A stretch of DNA of 64,000 nt from Trichoplax adhaerens. Its lineage: Eukaryota; Animalia; Placozoa. Position numbers and translations under genes: made by a program. The stretch lies in the NCBI RefSeq assembly GCF_000150275.1, contig NW_002060952.1, positions 1,106,452 through 1,170,451 of the forward strand. The letters run 5' to 3'. The notes beneath the pieces were generated by a model. That model searched no databases, was not told the DNA's origin, and saw only the letters and a list, made by a program, of their open reading frames with translations. This document shows positions 53,003 to 64,000 of this stretch, one piece after another; within the stretch, counting starts at the first letter, position 1, and each line of letters begins with the position of its first letter.

Positions 53003-54433
53003 TTACGGATAATTAACATTTTGGATAAAACTTTTAAACATAACCATCACTTCATTGGGCTTCCCTTCCGAAACAAGATGTCCAGCACCCTTAACCGTTA
53101 AATAATCTAAATTCTGAAAACGCTCAACAAAACCTGCAACTTGTTTACCATTTTCATTAGTATAATGCCAAGGACGCAGCTCCTGTATCATAGTTCGATT
53201 TAAATGTTCTACATTCCAACGTCCGCCTACAATGTTGCAAATTAAGTCTGTATCACCAAAGTAAAGTAAAATTCGATAATTTCGAAGTGTCTGCAACTGA
53301 TTAAGGATGGACTTGTACTGAAATTGATAGCGTCGATATACATTAGAATTACAAATAGCCCAAGTTGAAGCTTGACTATGAATATGCAAGGCACTTCTCA
53401 CTTGAGGTAAATTAAAATATATCTTCTCTTTACTGCGATTAAAACATCGTGGTGTCGTATACTCAAGATCCCATTTATTAGGCGCCAAAGCACTGATCGA
53501 ATATTGTAGTCGAGTATTATATGGCGTTTCCGACCAGCAATCTTGATATACATTATAAGAGTTTAGACCGTCAGCAAACAATCTACGGTAAGCCTTCAAG
53601 AAATAAAATTGACATATCGGCTCATTAGATTGATAAAAGATACACTTCTCTTCGGCATAACAACAAAATTTTTTTATTCTATCCCAAAGCACAGGACCGT
53701 ATAATGCGTGATAATAACCAAAGTACATAGCAGAATCAAAATTTTTTTGAAAATCAAATATTCCGCTACCAATCATGATTCCAGCTAAAGATAGGCTTGA
53801 ATCTTGGATCAATCGTAGAGCAAGCGTTGTGACATAAACAGCACCATAACTTTCGCCGCTAAGATAAAAATTTGATAATGAATATTGAGGAAATCGCTTA
53901 TAAAATTCCTTAATCGCTTGATGATTTTTCATAGCTGTTGAGTTGTCACTAGATGTATAATCTTGTTGCGTATTGTAAGAATAACCAACTCCAATTGGCG
54001 ACTCCAAGTAGATTATATTTGCAAATTTATTCCAAGAAGTATTTCGTAGACTCAAAGTTAGGTCTTCCTCGATGGAAAAAGGACCGTGTTCATTAATTAA
54101 ACCAGATAAAGAACTACAACCTGGACCGCCATTTAACCATAATACAACTGGATCAGCTGATGCATTACCTTGGGATTCGAAAAACCAGTAGTGCAAACGG
54201 TCGTTGCTACCTACATTAAAGTAACCGGAAAAATGTCTAAACCTAATACTTTGTTTTAAGCCTGGTAATTGATGAACCTCATCAGCTAACGCTTCTGAAG
54301 TATAGCTTGTAGCTTGCGATGGTTGATTGAAGAAAATCACTATCTGGACGATTAAGAGCCATTTTGTACAGCTGAAGTAACGATGTAGAGATTGATGTGC
54401 TCTCTTATACGATGCGAAATTAGATAAAAACAT
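53003..54433 (-). CDS. Serine carboxypeptidase S10 (cathepsin A-like), copy 3
   Basis: [31 protein letters not shown]; single uninterrupted ORF. Confidence 0.95.
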   Translation of the reverse strand: MFLSNFASYKRAHQSLHRYFSCTKWLLIVQIVIFFNQPSQATSYTSEALADEVHQLPGLKQSIRFRHFSGYFNVGSNDRLHYWFFESQGNASADPVVLWLNGGPGCSSLSGLINEHGPFSIEEDLTLSLRNTSWNKFANIIYLESPIGVGYSYNTQQDYTSSDNSTAMKNHQAIKEFYKRFPQYSLSNFYLSGESYGAVYVTTLALRLIQDSSLSLAGIMIGSGIFDFQKNFDSAMYFGYYHALYGPVLWDRIKKFCCYAEEKCIFYQSNEPICQFYFLKAYRRLFADGLNSYNVYQDCWSETPYNTRLQYSISALAPNKWDLEYTTPRCFNRSKEKIYFNLPQVRSALHIHSQASTWAICNSNVYRRYQFQYKSILNQLQTLRNYRILLYFGDTDLICNIVGGRWNVEHLNRTMIQELRPWHYTNENGKQVAGFVERFQNLDYLTVKGAGHLVSEGKPNEVMVMFKSFIQNVNYP

Positions 54434-57400
54434 AGCAGCAACAGATGAAAAAATCGTCTTTTAGCTTTGAATGCTACAAAATGACTGAATTGTAACAATG
54501 TAACACTTTAGTGCTAATGTTACTAAAACTGCGAACCTTACCTTAATTAATATTTTATCTCGATAAAAGGGCAGGAGAAAATAACAAGCAATATTGACTT
54601 TGATTTATTAGTGAATGGTTACTATTAATAAACGTACAGTAATAATTCTATGCATACTTCTTTCGTTCTATTCGTCTAGTAATGTATCATACTTTGTTAT
54701 TCTATTAGCAAGATAGTAGGAATACGTAGAGGCAGAGATGAAAGATTATTCAATGTGGTAGAATACAATAAACTCTAATAGTGAGATAAACATCCTTACC
54801 AATATTAACTACTGTAATTATCGTTTTTTAAACTAGACAAGTCATGAGTTCAGTCATAGAATGATTCGGTAATAATTGAAATACTATTTAGCTTTTCGAC
54901 ACATTTTAATCAAATAATAATTACTTGTATTTCATTGTGCTTGCCTTTTATATTGAAAAACAATAAATTGTCTTTAATATTTATTTTCTGAGGTTTCTTT
55001 GATACTTAGCGCACAATCAGCGGGTGATTGTGAGTGTAGCCTAGCAAACAAAAAAGTTATTTAATTAATCGTCCTTGCCCTAAGGATTTTAGGGCGTTGC
55101 TACGGCACGCAGTCTACGTAAAAATCCGATCATAATTACTGAAAGAGATATTGTTATTACAACTAGGCTAATTTTATACAAGAAAAATAAAATATTTTGT
55201 TGATTGCAAATGGACCACTAATGATGTAATGTTGTTTATGGAGTGCGTCGTTAGATCCATAAGTCACTCGTAAATATGGTTATAAAATATATGAAAAAGC
55301 GATGAATTTAATTTCGATCTAAGCAAATTTTAATTCTGCTACTGTAAAATAGCAACATGATTAGATCAGTTCTCTACACCTAATGATTGATGTAAGCAGT
55401 CGCATCTTGTGCTTGTAGTCAGTAATTGAAATTATTCTATGAGACATACCGGTAACATACGAATATCAAGAGCGAATTTAAAGCTTATACTTTTATACCG
55501 TTCTAAAAGATATAATAAATGACAACTGTAGTCGTTCAAAAATTTAGTTGAAGAGATTAATAGATTACACAAGAAGTACTGGTATAGTCAAGATCGTTGT
55601 TATTAGACTAGAGTGTAGATGATTCGTCCACGGAATGAGCATTTAATATGATAGAATACATCTTTGTAAATAAAGAACTACGAAATTAATGACATTGTGA
55701 TGTACATGCTGATAGAGCAATCTGAGAATTTTCATTGGCATTTTAACTAGAATTTCATGAATGATCGTTAATGTACGAGTACTTGTGTAGAAGCTACTGA
55801 AGGATAGAGCACGGCATGAAAATGAATATGAGTGATAACTTCAAATTAGTTACCCAGCTCGGCCACTCTTGAAATCATGCGATCGTATTTATTTGGCCTT
55901 CATTACCATCATTAATTTACATGGAGATTAAGATGCACCATGCTGCACTAACATACTTTCCTTGATTGAATAATGACCTGCGTTGGATGGTAAACCAAAT
56001 CAGAATACAATTTCTAACTTGTTTGAAACACTATAAGAAAGTATTAATGAAAAGTCGAAACTAAATAACGTAATGCATTAAGCTGCAGCCTTTAATAAAT
56101 GATGAAATAAAGACGGTCTTGTATAACAAATAATAATCTTCATTGCTCGAAATGACGTAACTGTGATAGACTTGACAAATTGTTTATCACAGTCAATTGG
56201 ATGGTATTTGACAAAAGTTTTTGCCTACTGCAACTCTTGAATCCAATTCAATATGTTACCATTATAACTTCGTTCGTTACTGGGCTTAGATACACCTGTC
56301 GAAGGTTTGGTTAGGCTGTAGTACGCTGCGATAGAGGGTTCAATTAGTCGGCAGAAAATCACGTATTTGCCATTTAAGAGAATTATGCAATATCTTAGGA
56401 AAAAGTTGATGGAAACTTTACTCATCTTTTCTTCATAGGTTATAGTAGCCTGAGACAGAGGGTTTGATGAGTAGGCAGAGGTTGAAGTAGTTGCTATTTC
56501 AGAGAATTACATCAACTTAGGAGAAAACTAATACTTTATTGTAGCTAACAATTCGCATAAAACGCAGTAGGACAGTAGATTACTATGAAGCAGTATGTAA
56601 ACTGTGGTGACATCGAACCTTATATCTGATTAAAAAATTACTTCAAGGGTTGGATGGACACCTTTGAAGTAGTAATTTAACAAATAGGAGAAGGTGTTAT
56701 AAATTGATGAATACAGTGTACACTATACAGTACGTTGTGTGCGATTGTAAGTGGATGTTTATTATATTCAAAAGTGATCTATGATATAGAAAGTGATGCA
56801 TCCAAGCTAAATTATTACATATTTAAGGGCGATATTTCATCTACTTTTATTAGCGTTATGATGTAGTGCAGTCCGTACATTTCTATTTGCACTGCCTAGC
56901 TGTCAATGCGAGTTGGCTATTTGAGAAAAGCGAAGGTATCGGTAACTACATAGATATAATTTATTTTGTTATGTAGAGAATAGCCTTACTGAGATGTTAT
57001 CGCTGGGCTAACAACGTGCGACTTTTCGAAAGAGCGCGATATTTTCATAACAACACCAAATGTGTCATGATTACAAACATATAGATAAATATGTTATGAT
57101 ATAACTCAACTGAATCCTGAATTATAAGATCTCTGACTTGTTGTGTTACTATTACTACTCTGTTTAAAATAATAATAAAAGTTGTTATTTGGAACATTAA
57201 TAAGAAAGAAGAATTTGTTACAGTTATTTTGATAATAAAATTCTGATTAATAGTTTAACTAAGAAAGTGTATTTCATTCAGCTTATTGGTTTGAAGCAGG
57301 CTCTAATACATTATTTACATAATTCTTATTTTTTATTATATAAAAAAATGTTTCATTTATTCGAAAGATCAATTATAAGCTGATGTCTAATGGTAAAATG

Positions 57401-57834
57401 CTCTTATTAATGCCATTAATACAAGAACCAATAATACCGTAATTAATGATGTCTTAGATAAGAAAGATCAATTAAGGCAAATGTTTTGTATTATTCTCAG
57501 TAATTTATGGTTACTATACTTAAAAGACCAATAGAATGAATAATTGGTAAAAAAACTAACTGAAATAGTGACAAATTATATATTATAAAAATTAAACTTT
57601 TAATCTTCATATATATGTATGTAACGGTTTACACATATTATTTAACTGATATCACCAATGGAAGTTACTTTTCATTAAACAATTATTTACAACACTAAAA
57701 ATGCTTCAATAAAGGCGTTATCATTATTTACCATCAAATTTTATTTATGAGGGTGCATTTATCATCTTGGTCATAGTGTATTGTAGCTATTTCTAACCAT
57801 TCTGTTAGCTGATTCAGTAATAAAAATATTGGTC

Positions 57835-58760
57835 ATGGATTCTTCTTGGTATAACGTGTCAAATATTACCTGTGGTCAATTCATTTTAAATCGATTAGTA
57901 GCATCTATAGCTATTCAGATCGTATTTAGAATCATTGCATTTTGCCTCAATAGCGACGTTTGTCCAATTATTATCACTCATAAAAGTCTCTATGAGCCAT
58001 TTAACTATTTAACCACTAGTTTATCCTTATCAGAAATGTTGCTTTCGATTGCCGTAATATTTAACGGAACTGTAGACGCTATTGCTCTTAGACGTTTTGC
58101 ATTATCACCACTAGTGACAGTAATATGTAAATTGGACATATTTGTGTCTTAAACGGCTTTTTCTATTTCTGCACTTAAATTACTAGCTATTTGTTGTAAA
58201 GATATTAAGCAATACCCCAATTACGCCATCACTCGATGACTTTCCAAATACGCGCGAAATATTGACTTACATTTGGTTATTAGCTATTCTAAATAGCATA
58301 ATTCCGAGTATCTATTCTGGAATAAAGATCTTTCCATTATACTGCTCTATTCTGAGTTATTGAAATAAAAGCGTTAAGTTATACTACTTCTATTCTAGCC
58401 TTCTTAACGCGTGTAACACCTATTGCACTGATGTTAGTTTGTTATACAATTATTGCTACTAAATTTTATCGTTACGTTACTTTTATTCAACCAGCTTCAA
58501 TGGAATTAAATCGTTGCAATCAACGTATGAAAAGAAAAGTTATTCTTGCAATTTTTATATCAGTTGTATCTGAAGGTACTGGTTTGCCATTATTTATAAT
58601 GATTGCTTTAGTGGCAGTTGGTTCTTGTGAATATTAGATGTCACAAACACAACAAATTCGGATCTTTGCTATGTCAGGCTTTGTTGTGCCGCCTATTATC
58701 GATCCGATACTATATAACGTAGCCAGCAGTAAATTTCGTGAAATTTTTATATCTCTGTAA
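57835..58760 (+). pseudogene. Intronless class A GPCR pseudogene
   Basis: HKSLYEPFNYL...LSLSE...CKLDIF, then TAA at 58150-58152. Frameshift where the ERY motif should be, TAG at 58635-58637, then TM7 IIDPILYN...KFRE ending at TAA 58760. Colinear with the intact gene at 63121. Confidence 0.88.
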
Positions 58761-61700
58761 GGTCACTATTGCCTAATCAGGCCATAAATTGACGATAAGC
58801 TTACGTCGTCAATATTCAACCCATGAACGCTTAATTGTGGTTCAATCATGACCTCGAAGTATCAGCTACAGGTACTTATTTATCATTGGTGATGATCTCA
58901 TCTATTTATAAACTATAAAAGATATTAATACGAAAAATATTACAACGATTAAGGAAGATTAATCTTTATTTTATTTAAAATCCTAATTTATTATTTAATA
59001 ATAATTATGCTATCAACTAGGGCATTTATCTATACCGTCAAAACAATATCATTAACGTAGCTAGTGAACCATTTAGTGAAGCCCATTTTTAATTTAGAGG
59101 AGATGGTTTTAATGATTAGTATTGCAGCATCTGTTAATTTCAATCTAATCATGACTTTAATCTTCATTTTCTGATTGAACTTAACAAAAGGATGTTGTTA
59201 GACATTCAAGGTAGTAATATTAAGAATGTTTGATATTCAATCGTTTACAATACATTCAACCTGAAGAGTGAAGAACAATTCTTCAAGAATGAGCTATGAA
59301 ATTATGTTTATGATTTTAAATACTATAGTCAGGTAGCTATTTAAGCCAAGATTTGAGAGATCTGGCTTGAAGAAGGAGGGTAAATTCGCTAAGTAGCGAA
59401 ATAGTATAAGCACTTCTAAATACAAAATATTTTCACGTGTTTTCTACTTTACTCATTTATTTTCTATCGACCATTTAGATCTGTAGAAACGTGGAATACA
59501 TATGTTCTTGATTTAATTAGTTAAATGATTGAAGTACGTGAGGCAGTTTATTGCTGTTTAAAGCTAATCAACGGAATACTGTGTGCCAAGAAGAAAAATA
59601 CTTACAGATGATTGATGCAGCAAGACACTGCTTCATTGAAATAAGCAAGCATTATTCTGTGAATGATGACGTCATTACCTTTCTAGAATTTAAAATTATG
59701 ATATTAATCAGCATCTATTTTGAGACTATTTTGGCTTATAGAATAGGCTTAGCTATTACAGAGTTTACGTGATACGCCAAAAAATTTCATCTTAGATAAT
59801 ACTTGGGCATGCTAAAGCTTTACTAGCGCTTTGTGGTGAACACAAATTTCATTGATTTTTTTTATTACCTTCTATTTGAAATAACTCGTAACTGAATTAC
59901 TTACGTTTCATATGTATATGTGAGTTTATTCAATTTTTAGCTGAAACAATACGATAGCTGATAATTTTATCAAATAATTTCTCCTCACATCATCAGATAT
60001 GCAACAGTATGGCAATGCTTCATAAGCCATAAAAAGCTTCTGAATCTGTTAGGGGCTCTTATTATTAATAATTATCTAGTTTGAGAATGGTTTAACAATA
60101 TGCTCAAAATAACTTGCATTTCATTTCATCCAGAAAATAGTATTCCTCCACATATTCAAAGTTTGCAGATTAGCTCAATTAATTATTAAAAACTTATTTG
60201 ATCATTACCGGTAAGTACTTATAGAATACTTGATGAGATTAGCATTGAAGGGTAACGTAAAGAATAGGTATTATGGTATTGGTAGACAATAAGTGCATTA
60301 GCGTGAGCCTTTCGCTCGTATTAAGTCTCGGATTTTATTATGTAACCATCATCATCACACATAAATATGTAAGGTTCGTCTTTGGAACTGTCATAAGTAC
60401 TCTTGTGACACAAGAAAACAAGATAGTACTTATAATAACTTTACTTTAATCCGCAGAACTACTTCCCTAGTCTACGGTATTGTAGCTGGAATCCTTGCGA
60501 AGTACTAACTCTCTCAACACAATATATGATATAAAGCTATCACACAACTTAGCCTTAAGTTGGATCACTTTTTATGGATCACAGTCCTTCTTATATACTC
60601 TTTCAGTAGTTATAAACATAGTTACTATGCTATTAACATATTTCAATAACAAACGTGTTATTACGATTGAATTATCAAATACGGACATTCGAGGCAATAA
60701 ACAATTTCATACGTGAATTTTCTTCGACTGTAAGCGCAGCCAAGCTCCAATGTTCTCGGTGCATACTTGTAACATATTACTATATCATCATAATAATGTC
60801 ATAATAGCTTAGGTTATTACTAACTATAACAATTCCTAAAGTAGAAGCTCATATTCCTAAAAAGTTCAAAACAAAATATTATCATAAACTACTCTTACAT
60901 ATCTAAGTTATTTTTATGACTGTGATAAGAACGTACTTACATAGTCGTATAAACAATCAAATAGTATCATAAATTAAGAGACTATATTCGGTTAGTAGAG
61001 GTCCTAAAAGTATTACGAAATGTAGTTTACTTGCAGGTTTTCTTTCGGTTTGTAAAGTTACGTACAAAGGTTACCTTTCACATCTTATCTTCCCAATTAT
61101 TAGTTGCTCGTTCTCTAATAACAAAGATGAAAAAGATTTCTCTGAAGCAAAAATTTTATCTTCTTACGACTTAAACAGAATATTTCGAATTTTGAATTTA
61201 TTATCAGCAATTTTAAACTGATAATTAAATAAAATAACTAGTTGTATTGCTGCATTAGTGTCTTGGTACATTACACATATTAAATAATTATCTACTAATT
61301 TAGAAAAATTTAGATGTTTAAATTATGATATCAGAATTTACATCTGACCAGTTATCTCATCGGAAGTTTAAACGGCATACATAATGCTAATTTGAAGCGG
61401 CATGCGGACAGCGAACTCAGATAAAGTGTCCAATAGGTATTGTAGTAAGAAAATGGAAGCTGTAATCCAATTATGATGAGCCAGATGCGTTATTGTAACG
61501 TGTATTCACCGCTAGTTCATATAATATTTCATAGTCTTTCCTCTTACTAAGTCCTTGATAAATGATATTCGCAAAAAAAGGATATTAGTTTTAATAATGG
61601 TAACTAACGGATACCACTGAAGCAATTTCTTGCTTGAAAATCGGCGTAAGCCAACGAATACTTCTTGTCTTAAATTGATAAATAAATTCAATATGGATTA

Positions 61701-63120
61701 TCATACTACTGCAATTACTGTATGTATGTGATCAAAGTGAGTCCTATTTAAGGTCACTATCAATTTTCAATTTCATATTTTCTTATACTTGTTAATTATT
61801 TAAAAATTAAGCTTTTAATAATCACCTACAATCTGTATACTTATTACCTGCACGACCAATACATCTGTAAAGAATTTATATACTAATTTTGTTATTACAG
61901 TTTTAACCAGTGGTATTATAACACTTAAGCAATTATCTTGTATTGAAGAACGTAGAATGGACAATATCATTTTTTAGTTCTATCAATTTAAATTCCTATA
62001 CTTTGTAGAATTCTTATACGAAAATGATACTCTAAACTAGATCAACTTAGACTACCAACAGTGGTTTATCTATTATTTTCTAGGCCAAACGAACACAGTA
62101 ACAAATGTAGACCTGCTTGATATAGGATGAATATAATAGCTAAATTGCAGTCTTTGAGTCTCATAAGATATATTCGAATGCCAGCATCACAACTAGAATG
62201 TATGAGAGACGTCTTGGTAGTTCAACAGTAAAGAATAACAGCTATTACACTTCTGCTATTCCTTTATAAATGTATTAGTCAACAGTAGATATAAATATCT
62301 CCATTGAAATTCTTTTAATTATTGGAATACGAACCAAGCCAATGATATGGTATAAATGAAATAAAGTGCCAGAGATTAATGATGCTTTCAGTAGTATACC
62401 TGTACCTAATAACGAAATGAATATGCGCATAGGGATAAGATACTATAGAACCCCCCCCCCCAAAAAAAAAAAAAAATTCCATATAGATCCGGTAGCAAGG
62501 ACACTATTGGTACAAACAGTGGCTATAGAATTAATAATTAATTTTTTTATTATTTATGGTCGGATCTAAATGACGTTGATTAAAGGCTTCAACAGCAATC
62601 AACTGTAATAGCTAGTGGAAGTATAATAAATATTTGCCTACAAAAATTTTTCGATTTTTTCAATTTTTAACATGAAAATTTTCCTGCTTTGATATAGCAA
62701 ATTTACCTAAAAACTCTGCAATTTTTAAGAGAATTCATTCAATTAATAACAAGCAAGATCTCTATGCATTAGGCCTAACACTAGGCCTCAAATAAGATTA
62801 AAAGAATCAAGACTCTATTTTAGTTCCTATCATCAATAAGCCGGAAGAAGAGCACTAGGAAACTTTTGACGGCTCTTTCGTCTCATAATTGCATTTAAGC
62901 AACCGCATAAAATATTTAAGACCTTTAAATCTACAAGTCTTATAGGGATGCATATATTTCCTTTATCAGAAAATTTTTTGGAAAGAAAATAATACAGAAA
63001 CTTTTCTGGCTAGTTTGGCTGCCCATTCTTCGTAAACAACTCTACGGTAGTCTTATAATTGCCCGACAAAGAGAAATATCAATCATGATTTCCATCGTCT
63101 TTTCGGCTTGATAAGCAATC

Positions 63121-64000
63121 ATGGCGGCAACATTGGTACTTGAGCCAACTTGTTTTAATGCTTCTTTTACGGCTATGGTCAACAACACAAGTCGATTACA
63201 GCTGCAATCAATCATTGATTTTTCATTTGGGGGTACTGCTTTAATAGCTAACTGCTGCATTTGTACTATCATCGCAATCAACAAAAGCCTTCATGAACCA
63301 TTTTATTACTTAATCCTTAATTTATCTTTATCCGATACGGTACTTGCAATATCTGTTGTCTTTCATGGGTTTTTGGATTGTGTATCAAACCAACAATTTC
63401 ATATAGGATCTATAGGCAATATTGGTTGTAAATTAGACATATTTTGTGCAATAACGTCTTTTTCTGCTTCTACAATGACATTATTTGCTATTAGTATCGA
63501 ACGATACCAGGCCATCTCTATGCATCGGTTTCATACAACTGGTATTGAGAAAACACGAATTGTTATTCTTACAACTTGGATATTTGCTTCTTTAACAGCA
63601 GTTATTCCGATGATTTACGCCAAAATTGAAACAGAATATCCTTACGAATGTGCCATTCAAACTATAGAAGTACCAGTATTATTATACTTAGAACTAATAA
63701 TGACTATCTTGATTTGCTTTCTTCCAATTACCTTGACGTTGATATGCCATGGTTTGACATCATGTAAACTTTATAAGATTAGCACGATTGATCCACATAT
63801 GTCAAGAGAAATTACAGTAAGAAACGATCGCATTAGGAAAAATATTCTTTCAGTTATCTTTATATCACTATTTTCAGCAATTACTGGCTTACCTCTAATT
63901 ATAGTGAATATCGCTACTGTCTTTGATAAGAAAAAATATAGTGTGGCATTAAATCCGCAAATATATACAATCGCTGCTACTTCATTTGTTGTATCTCCGG
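63121..64000 (+). CDS. Intronless class A GPCR, truncated by the window end
   Basis: Frame open from ATG 63121 to 64000, so absent from the ORF track (no stop reached): ALIANCCI, KSLHEPFYYLILNLSLSD, GCKLDIF, AISIERY, TM4 W, ECL2 C, LPITLTLICHG, TGLPLI. Confidence 0.92.
   Translation, partial: MAATLVLEPTCFNASFTAMVNNTSRLQLQSIIDFSFGGTALIANCCICTIIAINKSLHEPFYYLILNLSLSDTVLAISVVFHGFLDCVSNQQFHIGSIGNIGCKLDIFCAITSFSASTMTLFAISIERYQAISMHRFHTTGIEKTRIVILTTWIFASLTAVIPMIYAKIETEYPYECAIQTIEVPVLLYLELIMTILICFLPITLTLICHGLTSCKLYKISTIDPHMSREITVRNDRIRKNILSVIFISLFSAITGLPLIIVNIATVFDKKKYSVALNPQIYTIAATSFVVSP

Noticed and set aside
56225-56480. Short ORF and an imperfect ~28-bp repeated motif (aaccctct...tacta on the minus strand)
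   Set aside because: Too short and no recognisable homology.
62366-62569. ORF with PPPPKKKKK
   Set aside because: Produced by adjacent C and A homopolymer runs; no coding support.
63042-63284. 80-aa minus-strand ORF
   Set aside because: Antisense shadow of the GPCR starting at 63121.

Overview
AT-rich eukaryotic (animal) genomic DNA with compact GT-AG introns. Gene content and style suggest an early-branching animal such as the placozoan Trichoplax (inference, not provable here). Genes in order: an 8-exon hnRNP H/F-like qRRM gene (+); a 5-exon HELT-like bHLH-Orange gene (+); a multi-exon Trp/Tyr-permease-like amino-acid transporter (-); an ~11 kb non-coding stretch with a higher-order tandem repeat; a 2-exon class A GPCR (+); a 20-exon USP39/Sad1 gene (-); three tandem intronless S10 (cathepsin A-like) serine carboxypeptidases (-); a GPCR pseudogene; and an intact paralogous GPCR running off the right end. 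The most unusual structure is a TACAG/CTGTA pentamer array folded into nested inverted repeats. It lies directly upstream of both splicing-factor genes, and one inverted arm has gained TACAG units relative to its partner. Other leads are a candidate poison exon in USP39, a conserved 139-nt frameshifting exon in hnRNP H, and a carboxypeptidase copy with a GPI/TM-like tail. No tRNA, rRNA, CRISPR or intact transposase was seen. All exon models and alignments were made by eye.
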